From Alphaproteobacteria bacterium (GTDB taxonomy: Bacteria > Pseudomonadota > Alphaproteobacteria > SP197): a DNA stretch of 64,000 nucleotides. Positions 40,458 to 50,629 of this stretch are shown one piece after another. The notes beneath the pieces are model-generated. The model saw only the letters and a list, made by a program, of their open reading frames with translations, ran no database searches and was not told the origin of the DNA. The DNA lies in assembly GCA_964291415.2 (NCBI GenBank), contig OZ219920.1:128001-192000 (forward strand). The letters are read 5' to 3'. Position 1 is the first letter of the stretch; each line of letters opens with the position of its first letter. The translations under genes were made by a program, and so were the position numbers.

Positions 40458-41615
40458 ATGGACCGGAGCGAGACGGGCCGATACGAATCAGTTGTCGTCG
40501 GTGGCGAGACAGCACGTGCCTTTGTCCCGGCACCCTTGCCGCCGGTGCCCGCCCTGGACCTGACACACCTGCAGTCCCGTCTGGAGCGGGCCTTGCTTGC
40601 CCTCGGGCGCCTGGACAGTCTTTCGACGTTGCTGCCCGACATCGGCCTTTTCCTCTACACATACGTGCGCAAGGAGGCCGTTCTCTCCTCCCGGATTGAA
40701 GGCACTCAGTCCTCGCTGTCCGATCTTCTGTTGTTTGAACTGGATGAAGTGCCGGGTGTTCCCTTCGAAGACGTCGTAGAGGTCTCCAACTATGTGGAGG
40801 CCCTGGAGCATGGATTGCGCCGGCTGCACGATGGCTTTCCGCTGTGCAATCGCCTTATCCGGGAGATTCACGAGGTGCTGCTCAGTCGGGGCCGCGGCCA
40901 GAACAAGACGCCCGGAGAATTCCGCCGCTCACAGAATTGGATCGGCGGACGTCGCCCCGGATTGGCACACTTCGTCCCGCCTCCAGCTGCTTGGGTCGAA
41001 CGCTCTATGTCCGATCTCGAGCGCTTCATTCATGCTGACAGTGACGGACTGCCCCTCGTTCTGCGGGCAGGTCTCGCTCATGCTCAGTTCGAGACCATTC
41101 ACCCGTTTCTCGACGGCAATGGCCGGGTAGGGCGCCTCCTGATCACGCTCATGTTGCATCATGGCGGAGTCCTGCGCCAACCGCTCCTGTATCTCAGTCT
41201 CCATTTCAAGCAGCGCAGGGACAACTACTACGATCTCCTCAATGATGTGCGCCGCCGGGGCGACTGGGAAGCGTGGCTCTCATTCTATCTTGACGGGGTG
41301 GCCGGGACGGCAGAGGGAGCGGTCGAAACGGCGCAGCGGCTTCTGGCACTCGTTGAGGAGGACCAAACGAGAATCCGGCGGATGGGACGGCGGGCGGGAT
41401 CCGCGCTGCGCATTCATCAGGCGCTGGGCGAGCGTCCTATCGGATCAATCAGGACACTTGCCGCAAGAGCAGGGCTGTCCTTTCCCGCGGCATCATCCGG
41501 GGTGAAGGCTCTGGAAGATCTCGCCATTGCCCGGGAGTTGACGGACAAGAAACGAAACCGGCTCTTCGGTTACGACCGTTATCTGGCCATTCTCGGCGAA
41601 GGGACGGAACCGTAG
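40458..41615 (+). CDS. Fic family protein (AMPylase motif, internal inhibitory helix, C-terminal HTH)
   Basis: Catalytic HPFLDGNGRVGR and inhibitory SSRIEG. Confidence 0.93.
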   Translation: MDRSETGRYESVVVGGETARAFVPAPLPPVPALDLTHLQSRLERALLALGRLDSLSTLLPDIGLFLYTYVRKEAVLSSRIEGTQSSLSDLLLFELDEVPGVPFEDVVEVSNYVEALEHGLRRLHDGFPLCNRLIREIHEVLLSRGRGQNKTPGEFRRSQNWIGGRRPGLAHFVPPPAAWVERSMSDLERFIHADSDGLPLVLRAGLAHAQFETIHPFLDGNGRVGRLLITLMLHHGGVLRQPLLYLSLHFKQRRDNYYDLLNDVRRRGDWEAWLSFYLDGVAGTAEGAVETAQRLLALVEEDQTRIRRMGRRAGSALRIHQALGERPIGSIRTLAARAGLSFPAASSGVKALEDLAIARELTDKKRNRLFGYDRYLAILGEGTEP

Positions 41616-41927
41616 TGGCCACCTGACCCTCCTTCTGATCCTGGAACGGCGGCTGGCGACACGGCCTCCCGGCTGAACAGTCTCGGCCGGGCTGCGTCCC
41701 ATGCTGCCTTGCCGTTTGGCTGGCGGCCCGCCTCGCGCGCCGTCGACCCAGCGGATAACTGGTCGTGACAATCCATGCTGCAACTCATTCGCGCCTCTGG
41801 TCTCGATGAACGCCTGATGCCCGGACTTGAGATTGTTCGAGCCTCCTGCAAGATGCTGAGCCACGGCGCTCAAGGGGTGGCCCCTGGAGCGAATGTGCGG
41901 CGGCTGATGGCTGAAGCGGGCAGGTCG

Positions 41928-42770
41928 ATGGCCAAACTGACCACGTCACAGCTTTTCGACACCGGCCGCTATCCTGTAGATCGCCCGGGAAGCAAGGAGT
42001 TTGATGCGCTGGTCACGCAGGCGCGGGCCGGGCTGGCCGGAACGAATTGTGTGCGGCTGGACGCGTTTGTCCGGCCCGACATCCTGGCTCGGATGCAGGA
42101 GGAGGCCGAACGCCTCGCAGCCGGTGCCGTGTTCCACCGGGCCAGCCTCAATCCCTATTTCTCGCAACCGCCGGAAGGGACGCCGGAGGACCATCCCCTG
42201 AACCGATTCTCGCCACGTCGGCACGGCATGATCCGGGCCGACAGGTTCGATCGGGAGGGTGCGATCTGGACGGTCTTCCGGAATGCCGACCTGCGCCATG
42301 TCGTGGCGACCGCACTGGGCTTCGAAACGCTCTACACCTATGACGACCCGTTCGGCTGCGTGAACGTCAATGTGCAGCCCGAAGGCTGCGAGTTCGCCTG
42401 GCATTTCGACAACAACGACTTCACCGTCTCCTTCGGGTTGAAGCAATCCGCGGCGGGCGGAATCTTCGAGTACGTGCCCGACCTGCGCAACGAGGCGGAC
42501 GAGAACTACGAGGGAGTGAAGCGGGTGCTGGACGGCGACCGGTCGTGCGTGCGGTCGCTTGTTCTGGTGCCGGGCGACCTGCAGCTCTTTCGCGGTGGAC
42601 ACACGTTGCATCGAGTCACCTCTCCGGAGGGCGGCGACAGACACAGCCTGCTAGTGAGCTATGCCACCGAGCCCGGCGACATGACGTCGGCTGAGAAGGC
42701 GATCCGCATCTGGGGCGAGGCTCACCCGGACCACCATGCCCACGACGCGCGGCGGACAGGGACGGGGTGA
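41928..42770 (+). CDS. 2OG-Fe(II) oxygenase (BesD/HalD-related fold, HxD hydroxylase type)
   Basis: FAWHFD...GGIFEY.P...PGDLQLFRG..TLHRV. Confidence 0.78.
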   Translation: MAKLTTSQLFDTGRYPVDRPGSKEFDALVTQARAGLAGTNCVRLDAFVRPDILARMQEEAERLAAGAVFHRASLNPYFSQPPEGTPEDHPLNRFSPRRHGMIRADRFDREGAIWTVFRNADLRHVVATALGFETLYTYDDPFGCVNVNVQPEGCEFAWHFDNNDFTVSFGLKQSAAGGIFEYVPDLRNEADENYEGVKRVLDGDRSCVRSLVLVPGDLQLFRGGHTLHRVTSPEGGDRHSLLVSYATEPGDMTSAEKAIRIWGEAHPDHHAHDARRTGTG

Positions 42771-44257
42771 GCCGCCATCACAACATCCTGTGGCTGAACA
42801 CGGATCAGCAGATGGTCGCCAACAGGCCCGCCGCGGCGCGCGAGCTGCCTCTGCAGAAGAGACTGGCTGCGCGGGGCATGAACTTCAGTCGCGCCTATAC
42901 GGCACTCCCCATATGTTCGCCGTCGCGTGCCTCGATGCTGACGGGTCATTACCCGCACAACCATGGCGTGACGGAAAACGACGGGCGTTTCGGAGGACGA
43001 GCCGGTCTGGAACCGTCCGACACCCTTGTGACCGACCCGCTTCGAGAGCGGGGGTATCGCTGTGCCTGGTTCGGCAAGTGGCACCTGCATCGGGAGCTGG
43101 ACGCGCGTGACTTCGGTTTCGAGGGCTATGCGCCGGCAGACTATGCCTACCCCTATGCCAGTCCCGACTATCGCGCCTATCTCGAACGCCACGCGTTGCC
43201 TGACCCGGTCGCGCGGATCGAGTTGCCGGGGGAAAGCGGTACGCCGCCAGGCACAGAGGTCGACTTGACCCGGGCCGAAGACTGGTTCGATTTCGAGGCG
43301 GGCAGCGCGATCCTCGAAGGGCCGGTCGAAATGCATGAAGCCTTCTTTGTCGCCGAACTCGCCGAACGCTGGCTTCGCGATTCGGGAGACGGACCCTTCT
43401 TCATGCGTGTGGATACCTGGGGGCCGCATCCCCCCTATCTGGTCGGCGCACCCTTCGCCAGCATGTTCGCCCATCTGGGGAGCGCGGCCTCGCCCAACCT
43501 CGTCCTGGACCTGAAAGCGCGTCCGGCTCACCACGCGGCCTATCGGGACCACTGGCAGCACATTCTTGGCGACGGAGCGCTTGACTTTGCGCTTCTTTCG
43601 CGGCGCGCCCTGCAATCGGCCGCCCTTTGCGAGACGGCACTGGTGCGGTTGTTGGACGTGCTGGATGAAAGCGGACGGATCGATGACACCCTCATCGTCT
43701 TCACGGCCGATCACGGGGATGCGGTGGCCTCGAACGGCGGCGTGATGAACAAGGGCGGGCTGATGGTGGAAGAGACGTTGCGGATCCCCCTGCTGATCGC
43801 CGGACCGGGCATTCCCCCGGGATCGAACGACAGCCTGGTCTGCAACATCGATCTGGCGCCGACGCTGCTGGATCTGTGCGGAATCACCGCGCATGAGATG
43901 GACGGAACCAGCCTCTGTCCCCTGCTCCGGCGTACCGGATCCCTGCCCCGCAAAGGACTGATGACCGAGCACTACGGTCTGAAGACACCGCTCTGGCAGC
44001 GCGCGTTCCACAAGGGGCGCTGGAAGCTCGTCATGCAGGAGGATGGATTCACCGAGTTGTATGATCTCGCTTGCGACCCTGGCGAGATGAACAATCTGGC
44101 GGCGAGTGCCACCCATGCCGGGACGCTTCGCGCCATGCGAAGCGGCTTGGCGAAGGCACTGGCGAGGCATGGCGACGACTCGGCTTCCGCGATGGCCTTC
44201 CGGGATACGGCACTGTCCGACTCCGCTGCCTTCCCGCCACGTCATCAGGGGGCATGA
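42767..44257 (+). CDS. Sulfatase (formylglycine-dependent)
   Basis: TDQ, CSPSRASMLTG, GKWH and TADHG motifs. Confidence 0.92.
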   Translation: MSRHHNILWLNTDQQMVANRPAAARELPLQKRLAARGMNFSRAYTALPICSPSRASMLTGHYPHNHGVTENDGRFGGRAGLEPSDTLVTDPLRERGYRCAWFGKWHLHRELDARDFGFEGYAPADYAYPYASPDYRAYLERHALPDPVARIELPGESGTPPGTEVDLTRAEDWFDFEAGSAILEGPVEMHEAFFVAELAERWLRDSGDGPFFMRVDTWGPHPPYLVGAPFASMFAHLGSAASPNLVLDLKARPAHHAAYRDHWQHILGDGALDFALLSRRALQSAALCETALVRLLDVLDESGRIDDTLIVFTADHGDAVASNGGVMNKGGLMVEETLRIPLLIAGPGIPPGSNDSLVCNIDLAPTLLDLCGITAHEMDGTSLCPLLRRTGSLPRKGLMTEHYGLKTPLWQRAFHKGRWKLVMQEDGFTELYDLACDPGEMNNLAASATHAGTLRAMRSGLAKALARHGDDSASAMAFRDTALSDSAAFPPRHQGA

Positions 44258-44261
44258 TTCT

Positions 44262-44341
44262 GGAGTAGACGGACAGGAAACGAAACCGGCTCTTCGGCTG
44301 CGACCGCTATCCCGCGAATTCCGGCGACGGGACCGAACCGT
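44262..44341 (+). repeat. Degenerate direct repeat of the Fic 3' end (41534-41613)
   Basis: Ungapped 80-bp alignment with 67/80 identities by hand count. Confidence 0.88.
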
Positions 44342-44437
44342 CATGCGTGGCGGGTGCGCCTGTCGTTTTCGGAACCCAAGGCACGGTCTTCCAGGGCTCA
44401 ACAGCCGTCGTGCGCTGCGCCGCTGGCTAACATTCAT

Positions 44438-46294
44438 TCAGGAACGGGTGGTTGATTCCAGTGTCGTACTCGCTTCGATCCAGCGCGTTTCGGCCTTCTC
44501 GAGCGCTCTTTCTATTTTCCGTCTCCTTGTCATCAACTCGGTCACGGTTGTTCCCTCGTGGGTTGAGGGATCGAACAGAATGCGGTCGATTTCGTCGCGC
44601 GAGCGGGTGAGCTCGTTGACTTCGTTCTCGGCCTTGTCGACCGCCTTTCTCAGCTCCCGTGTGCGTTCCCGTTCGACTGCTGCACGGCGACGGTCATCCT
44701 TTCTCCTGGGACGCGATGCCGTTGATCCGGAGTCGCGACCGAGCACCAGGTTGCGGTAATCGTCGAGATTGCCCGCAAAGTCCGTTGCCTCGCCGTCCGC
44801 AACGAGAACGAGCCGGTCCGCCGTGAGTTCGACGAGGTGCCGGTCGTGGCTGATCATGATCACCGCGCCGCTGTAACCGCTGAGGGCCTGAACCAGGGAT
44901 TCCCGGGCCTCGATGTCGAGATGGTTGGTCGGCTCGTCGAGAATGATGAGGTGCGGGGCATCGCGGGTGATGAGCGCCAGGGCGAGGCGGGCCCGTTCGC
45001 CGCCGGAGAGCTGGCAGACAGGAAGGGCGGCCTTGTCGCCTGAGAAGCCGAAGCGGCCAAGCTGAGCCCGCACGCGGCGCGGCGCTGAATCCGGCATCAG
45101 GCGCGTCAAGTGAACGAGTGGAGTTTCGTCGGGCTCCAGTTCCTCGACCTGGTGCTGGGCGAAGTATCCGACTCGCAGCCGTGAGGCCGCCGTCATCGAG
45201 CCGCTCATGACACCGAGCCTGCCTGAAAGCAGGCGTGCCAGCGTCGTCTTGCCGTTGCCGTTGCGTCCCAGGAAGGCGATGCGTTCGTCGGGGTCGATGC
45301 GGAGCTGCAGGCGGGTGAGCACCGGCTTTCCGGCTGCGTACCCAACAGACGCGTCATCGAGAAGGATCATGGGCGGTCGCAGGGTGTCGGGGCTTGGGAA
45401 GTCGAACTGGAGCGTGCTGTCCTCGATGGCGGCGGCCACCGGCTCCATGCGTTCCAGGGCCTTCAGCCGGCTTTGTGCCTGGCGTGCCGTGTGGGCCTTG
45501 TAGCGCCAGCGGTCCACGTAGGCCATGAGCTTGGCCCTTTGCCTTTCCTGACGGGCGCGCATCGCCTCGATCTGCCCGAGTCTCTCGCTCAGCTGCCTCT
45601 CCCACGAATCGTAGTTGCCCCGGTAGAGCGTCACCGCGCCGCCCTGGAGATGCAGGATGTGGTCGCAGACGCTGTTGAGGAGATCCCGTTCGTGGCTGAT
45701 GACGAGCAACGTTCCCCGGTAGGTCTTCAGAAACGACTCCAGCCACAGGGCCGCTTCGAGATCGAGGTAATTGCTCGGCTCATCGAGCAACAGCACGTCG
45801 GGGCGGGAGAACAGCAGGGCTGCCAGGGCAATGCGCATGCGCCAGCCGCCGGAAAAACTGTCGACAGTCTGTCCCTGGGCAGCCTCGTTGAATCCCAGGC
45901 CGGCAAGAATCCGGGCAGCCCTCGCCGGTGCGCTGTACGCGTCGATCGCCTGCAGCCGTTCGTGGATGTCACCGATGCGCTGGCTCGTTGCGGCGGAGGC
46001 TTCCTCTTCCAGAAGACGCGTGCGCTCTTCATCGGCGGCAAGGACCCTCTCGAGAGGCGAGTCGTTGCCGGCCGGAACATCCTGGGCAAGATATCCGAGA
46101 CTGGCGCCGCGCCGCATGTCGACCGTGCCGGCATCGGACTCGATCTCTCCGGCGATGACCTTCATCAGTGTCGACTTGCCTGCGCCGTTGCGCCCGATCA
46201 GGCCGACCCGGCTTCCCGGGACCAGCGTCGCGGAAGCGCCGTCAAGGATCGTGTGGCCGCCAAGCCTCACGGTAATGCCGGTCAGTGTGAGCAT
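44438..46294 (-). CDS. ABC-F family ATP-binding protein
   Basis: Two NBDs (GRNGAGKST, GRNGNGKTT), FSGGWRMR, no TM segments, C-terminal coiled coil. Confidence 0.93.
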   Translation of the reverse strand: MLTLTGITVRLGGHTILDGASATLVPGSRVGLIGRNGAGKSTLMKVIAGEIESDAGTVDMRRGASLGYLAQDVPAGNDSPLERVLAADEERTRLLEEEASAATSQRIGDIHERLQAIDAYSAPARAARILAGLGFNEAAQGQTVDSFSGGWRMRIALAALLFSRPDVLLLDEPSNYLDLEAALWLESFLKTYRGTLLVISHERDLLNSVCDHILHLQGGAVTLYRGNYDSWERQLSERLGQIEAMRARQERQRAKLMAYVDRWRYKAHTARQAQSRLKALERMEPVAAAIEDSTLQFDFPSPDTLRPPMILLDDASVGYAAGKPVLTRLQLRIDPDERIAFLGRNGNGKTTLARLLSGRLGVMSGSMTAASRLRVGYFAQHQVEELEPDETPLVHLTRLMPDSAPRRVRAQLGRFGFSGDKAALPVCQLSGGERARLALALITRDAPHLIILDEPTNHLDIEARESLVQALSGYSGAVIMISHDRHLVELTADRLVLVADGEATDFAGNLDDYRNLVLGRDSGSTASRPRRKDDRRRAAVERERTRELRKAVDKAENEVNELTRSRDEIDRILFDPSTHEGTTVTELMTRRRKIERALEKAETRWIEASTTLESTTRS

Positions 46295-46412
46295 GGCCGG
46301 CTGATAGCACGCCTGCACCCCGGGCGTCACTCCGGTGCAATGTCACGGAGAATCCGCAACACAGCCTCATGCCCGGGATAAACGAGGGATGGACGGGACC
46401 GGTTCGTCCTGG

Positions 46413-47309
46413 TCAGCGCGCCGGTGGTCTGAGCGGCCGGGGGAGGCCCAGGGGCACGATTCGGTAGAGGAGCCTGCGATCGCGAGGGGTTTCGGGCGCG
46501 TCGATAGGCGTTGCGCAGTGCAGCGTCACGGTGTTGTCCCACATCAGGAGATCGCCTGGCCGGTAGCGGTGTGACCAGGTGAACTGCCCGGAAATGGCGT
46601 GGAGCTTGAGGCGGCGCATGAGCTCGGTCGCGGTGCCGGACTCCATGCCATCGATGGCCACCATTGATCCGGCCGGAGAATAGAGCGCCTTCTCTCCGGT
46701 CAGTGTGTGCGGCCTTGCAACCGGACGGCGGGCCGGTGACGGCAGGAGTCCGGCCGTCTCGTCGGTAACGGGTTGCAGGGGATGCTCGAAGTCCTCGCGT
46801 CCTGCGAGAATGTCTCCAGTACCGGAATACATGTGAAGAGCCGTGAGCGGCTCGATCGCGCGCTGTGTTTCCCGGTCAAGCCCGCGCCAGGCCGCGGCCA
46901 TGTCGGCGATCAGGGTTTCGCCTCCCTCGGCCGGCGCCTCCAGGCACCACAGCATGGTGGTGGCATCCGCATCGGCCTCGGCGGCGCAGTCCGTGTGCCA
47001 GAACGAGGCGCCGTTGCGGTACTCCTCGCGCTCGTTGACGCCGCCGACATTGCCGACCGTCGACATGAAGTCGTAGCCCGGAACGTTCCGTTCCTGGAAC
47101 CCGTCGACACGCGGTGTTCCCCATGACCGGGCAAACCGCGCGAAGTCGTCCGGCGCCAGATCCTGATTGCGGAAGAGCAGGACCTTGTGTTCGACAAAGG
47201 CCCGTGCCACGGCCTTGAGAGTCACGTCATCGAGAGCGCGGGACAGGTCAACTCCGCGAACTTCCGCAGCGAAGGTGGCGCCCAGGCGATGGATGTCGGG
47301 ATCAGACAT
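46413..47309 (-). CDS. TauD/TfdA family dioxygenase
   Basis: WHTD, GGET and WDN..TLH motifs. Confidence 0.92.
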   Translation of the reverse strand: MSDPDIHRLGATFAAEVRGVDLSRALDDVTLKAVARAFVEHKVLLFRNQDLAPDDFARFARSWGTPRVDGFQERNVPGYDFMSTVGNVGGVNEREEYRNGASFWHTDCAAEADADATTMLWCLEAPAEGGETLIADMAAAWRGLDRETQRAIEPLTALHMYSGTGDILAGREDFEHPLQPVTDETAGLLPSPARRPVARPHTLTGEKALYSPAGSMVAIDGMESGTATELMRRLKLHAISGQFTWSHRYRPGDLLMWDNTVTLHCATPIDAPETPRDRRLLYRIVPLGLPRPLRPPAR

Positions 47310-47862
47310 TTCAGTCTGACTTTACTGGCCGGGACCTGATCGGACCACCTGTCGGCATCATGCCGCCCTTGTTCCTTCAATGTCGTGGTTCGCAGGGTGG
47401 GACCACTATCCCGCGCAGAGCCCTTCGCCAGCCCCAGCGTGCACGGCTTGCTGGCGACAACCGGAACACGCAACCCAAGCGAGAACGAGCCGGGTGGTCG
47501 AGTCGTCCTCCCCCCACGATCGATGAAGGCCTCCCGGCAATCCAACAATGGGGACAACTGGTCAACGGATTCCTGATGGGTCGCCTCGGTTGTGAATCGT
47601 CTTCCACGACAGGAATGAGAACACATGCCGGTGTGCAGCTGTCGGGATCCCGCGGTTCAGTTTATGGAGCAGCCAGAGGCTTGATGCCGCGTTCTCGATC
47701 GGCACTCCGTCCTGAGACAGGGTTGACGCCCGGTGGAAGCACGCCACACCCTGCGCCCCGGCGGCCGGCTCGTGCCCGCCTTTCCAGCGGATTGCAGTCT
47801 CTCGGCAATGCAGCCGAGACCGTGTCGGAGTATGTTCCGGATCTGGCAGGGAGAAGCCCGAC

Positions 47863-49074
47863 GTGACCTATGTCAGCCATCTTGAGTGCTCCGCGACCGG
47901 TGAGCGGCACGAGGCCGGTGAGATTCACGGTCTTTCCCGTGCCGGCGCGCCGTTGCTGGTGCGCTACGACCTGGATCGCCTCGCCAACGCGGTCACCCGA
48001 GACTCAATTGCCGCGGCACCCGTCGCCGGATTCTGGCGTTGGGCTCCCTTCCTTCCGGTCGCGCGGGAACAGGACAGGATCTCGCTCGGCGAGGTGACGA
48101 CGCCGCTCGTTCCCCTGGTACGCTCCGCTGGCGAAACACCCAGGCACGTCATGGTGAAGGATGAGGGCCGCTTGCCCACCGGCTCGTTCAAGGCAAGGGG
48201 ACTGGCCCTGGCGGTGTCGATGGCGCGGCAGCTCGGTCTCCGTCACCTTGCCATTCCGACGAACGGCAATGCCGGCGCCGCGCTTGCCGCCTACGCCGGA
48301 CGGGCCGGGATGAAGTCCACGGTTCTTTGTCCGGCGGATACGCCCGACATCAATCTGCGCGAAATCCGGCAGCACGGCGCCGACGTCTGGAAAGTCGACG
48401 GCCTCATCAACGATTGCGGCAGAATTGTCGGGGAGGGGGCACGGACTGCCGGCTGGTTCGATGTTTCCACCCTGAAGGAGCCCTATCGCATCGAGGGCAA
48501 GAAGACGATGGGACTCGAGCTTGCCTGGCAGCTGGCCTGGTCCCTGCCGGATGTCATCTTCTATCCCACCGGAGGCGGCACCGGGCTCATCGGGATGTGG
48601 AAGGCCTTCCAGGAGCTTCGCCAGCTCGGCTGGATCACCGGTGGCATGCCGCGCATGGTGGCAGTCCAGGCCGCAGGGTGTGCTCCCATCGTGCGTGCCT
48701 TCGAGGCCGGAAGCACACACGCCATGCCCTGGCTGGACGCCCACACCGTGGCGGCGGGCATCCGGGTGCCGGTTGCCATCGGCGACTTTCTCATTCTCGA
48801 TGCAATCCGCGCGTCCGGTGGTTTTGCCATGGCGGTCGACGACGACGTGATCCTCCAGGAGCGGGACAGGGTTGCGATGCAGGACGGATTGCTGCTCGCG
48901 CCGGAAGGAGCGGCAACGGTTGCCGCCTGGAGGATGGCTCTGGAGAACGGACTGGTGGGCGATGACGAGCGTGTGGTTCTCTTCAATTGCGCCAGTGGTC
49001 TCAAGTACCCGATGGCGCCGGTGGTTCAGGAACTCGACATCACGCGGGACATCGATTTCACGAGCCTGGCATGA
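47863..49074 (+). CDS. thrC: Threonine synthase-like PLP enzyme
   Basis: PTGSFKARG, GNAG, EGKKTMG and YPTGGGTG motifs. Confidence 0.8.
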   Translation: MTYVSHLECSATGERHEAGEIHGLSRAGAPLLVRYDLDRLANAVTRDSIAAAPVAGFWRWAPFLPVAREQDRISLGEVTTPLVPLVRSAGETPRHVMVKDEGRLPTGSFKARGLALAVSMARQLGLRHLAIPTNGNAGAALAAYAGRAGMKSTVLCPADTPDINLREIRQHGADVWKVDGLINDCGRIVGEGARTAGWFDVSTLKEPYRIEGKKTMGLELAWQLAWSLPDVIFYPTGGGTGLIGMWKAFQELRQLGWITGGMPRMVAVQAAGCAPIVRAFEAGSTHAMPWLDAHTVAAGIRVPVAIGDFLILDAIRASGGFAMAVDDDVILQERDRVAMQDGLLLAPEGAATVAAWRMALENGLVGDDERVVLFNCASGLKYPMAPVVQELDITRDIDFTSLA

Positions 49075-49085
49075 CCGCTGACCCT

Positions 49086-49340
49086 TCAGATGTCCTCGAC
49101 CGGCTCCGTCTCCTCTTCCTCGGGAGATTCTTCGGGTTCCCCGGGAACGCGGCGGATGATGATGTCCCCGTTCTCGAGAACTTCCGGCAGTTCATACTGG
49201 GGAATGGACTCGATGATGCCCTCAAGCAGTATCAGCAGACGCTGCAGCGCCTCTGACGCATCGGGCATCAGGTCATCGTCTGCCGCTACGGGCGTGGCGA
49301 GGCACATGGCCGTCGCGGACGCCGCGAGGATCCGTTTCAT
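49086..49340 (-). CDS. Small exported hypothetical protein
   Basis: Signal peptide, then IPQYELPEVLENGDIIIRR. Confidence 0.65.
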   Translation of the reverse strand: MKRILAASATAMCLATPVAADDDLMPDASEALQRLLILLEGIIESIPQYELPEVLENGDIIIRRVPGEPEESPEEEETEPVEDI

Positions 49341-49352
49341 GCCCTGCATGAC

Positions 49353-49544
49353 TCAGTGTCTGCCGGCACGCCGCGCACGGCGTTCGGCGACGTGGCCGTA
49401 GTAGCGAAGCATGATGAACCAGCTCAGGCCTGCAAGACCGATACCCATGTACTGGGTTGCCTCACTCTCGGACGTGGCCGCGGCCACCAGTCCCAGAAGC
49501 GAGAGCAGACTGAAGATGACGGAGATGGCAATCGTCCAGGACAT
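49353..49544 (-). CDS. Small two-TM membrane protein
   Basis: Two hydrophobic helices; GAGGAG RBS upstream. Confidence 0.55.
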   Translation of the reverse strand: MSWTIAISVIFSLLSLLGLVAAATSESEATQYMGIGLAGLSWFIMLRYYGHVAERRARRAGRH

Positions 49545-49703
49545 GGATCGTGCTCCTCAAGGGGGAGGGGATCATCGCGCCAAGAATATGTATTGCAGTC
49601 GGGCTGTCGAGTGTCTTTCGTTCCGTCGGCTTATGGCGGGTGGAAGGCCGGGAAAGGACGGGATACAAGGTCGACCCTGGGTACAGGATAAAGGAGACGG
49701 GCG

Positions 49704-50573
49704 GTGAAGGTCGCATTTTTGGGTCTGGGAGTGATGGGCTATCCGATGGCCGGGCATCTGGCGGTCCGTGGTCATGATGTGACTGTGTGCAATCGCACGG
49801 CCGCCAAGGCGCAACGCTGGGTTAGCGAGCACGGTGGCAGAAGCGCGCCGAACCCGGCCGAAGCGGCAGCGGGGGCAGAGATCGTCTTTGCCTGCGTTGG
49901 TGACGATGACAGCGTGCGCGACGTGATCTGCGGTGACGATGGCGCTGCGGGCGGCATGGACGAGGGCGCGCTCTTCGTCGATCACACAACCGCTTCGGCG
50001 GATGTCGCAAGGGACATGGCGGCTGCACTCGCAGGACGCGGCCTCGGCTTTGTCGATGCGCCGGTCTCGGGCGGCCAGGCCGGGGCGGAGAACGGCCAGC
50101 TGACAATCATGGCAGGAGGTCATCCGGAGCACTTCGAGCGCGCCCGTCCGGTGATGGAGTGCTACGGCAAGGCGGTGACGTTGATGGGAGATGTCGGCGC
50201 CGGCCAGCTCTGCAAGATGGCCAACCAGATCTGCATCGCCGGTCTGGTCCAGGGCCTTGCCGAGGGCCTCAACTTTGCCCAGCGTGCCGGACTGGACGGC
50301 GAGCAGGTGATCGACGTCATCTCCAAGGGCGCCGCCGGCTCATGGCAGATGGTCAATCGTGGCAGCACCATGTTGCGCGACGAGTACGATTTCGGCTTTG
50401 CCGTCGACTGGATGCGCAAGGACATGCGTATCGCGATGGCCGAAGCATCGCGCAACGGCGCCTCACTGCCGGTGGCGGCTCTCGTCGACCAGTTCTACGC
50501 CGAGGTTCAGCGCCTTGGTGGCAGTCGCTGGGACACGTCGAGCCTGATGCATCGCCTGAAACGCGTGCCGTAG
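49704..50573 (+). CDS. NAD(P)-dependent oxidoreductase, 3-hydroxyisobutyrate dehydrogenase family
   Basis: FLGLGVMGYPMA, DAPVSGG, K.ANQ and KD motifs. Confidence 0.92.
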   Translation: MKVAFLGLGVMGYPMAGHLAVRGHDVTVCNRTAAKAQRWVSEHGGRSAPNPAEAAAGAEIVFACVGDDDSVRDVICGDDGAAGGMDEGALFVDHTTASADVARDMAAALAGRGLGFVDAPVSGGQAGAENGQLTIMAGGHPEHFERARPVMECYGKAVTLMGDVGAGQLCKMANQICIAGLVQGLAEGLNFAQRAGLDGEQVIDVISKGAAGSWQMVNRGSTMLRDEYDFGFAVDWMRKDMRIAMAEASRNGASLPVAALVDQFYAEVQRLGGSRWDTSSLMHRLKRVP

Positions 50574-50629
50574 GGAGAACCTGCCCGGCAGGCGTCCCTT
50601 TCCGGGTTCGGCACAGGACTGTGTGCCGG

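Noticed and set aside
41928-42770. Radical halogenase
   Set aside because: The iron motif is H-F-D. Halogenases replace the Asp with Gly or Ala.
47330-47800. About 500-bp gap between tauD and thrC as an ncRNA or gene remnant
   Set aside because: No recognisable motif, convincing ORF or strong structure.
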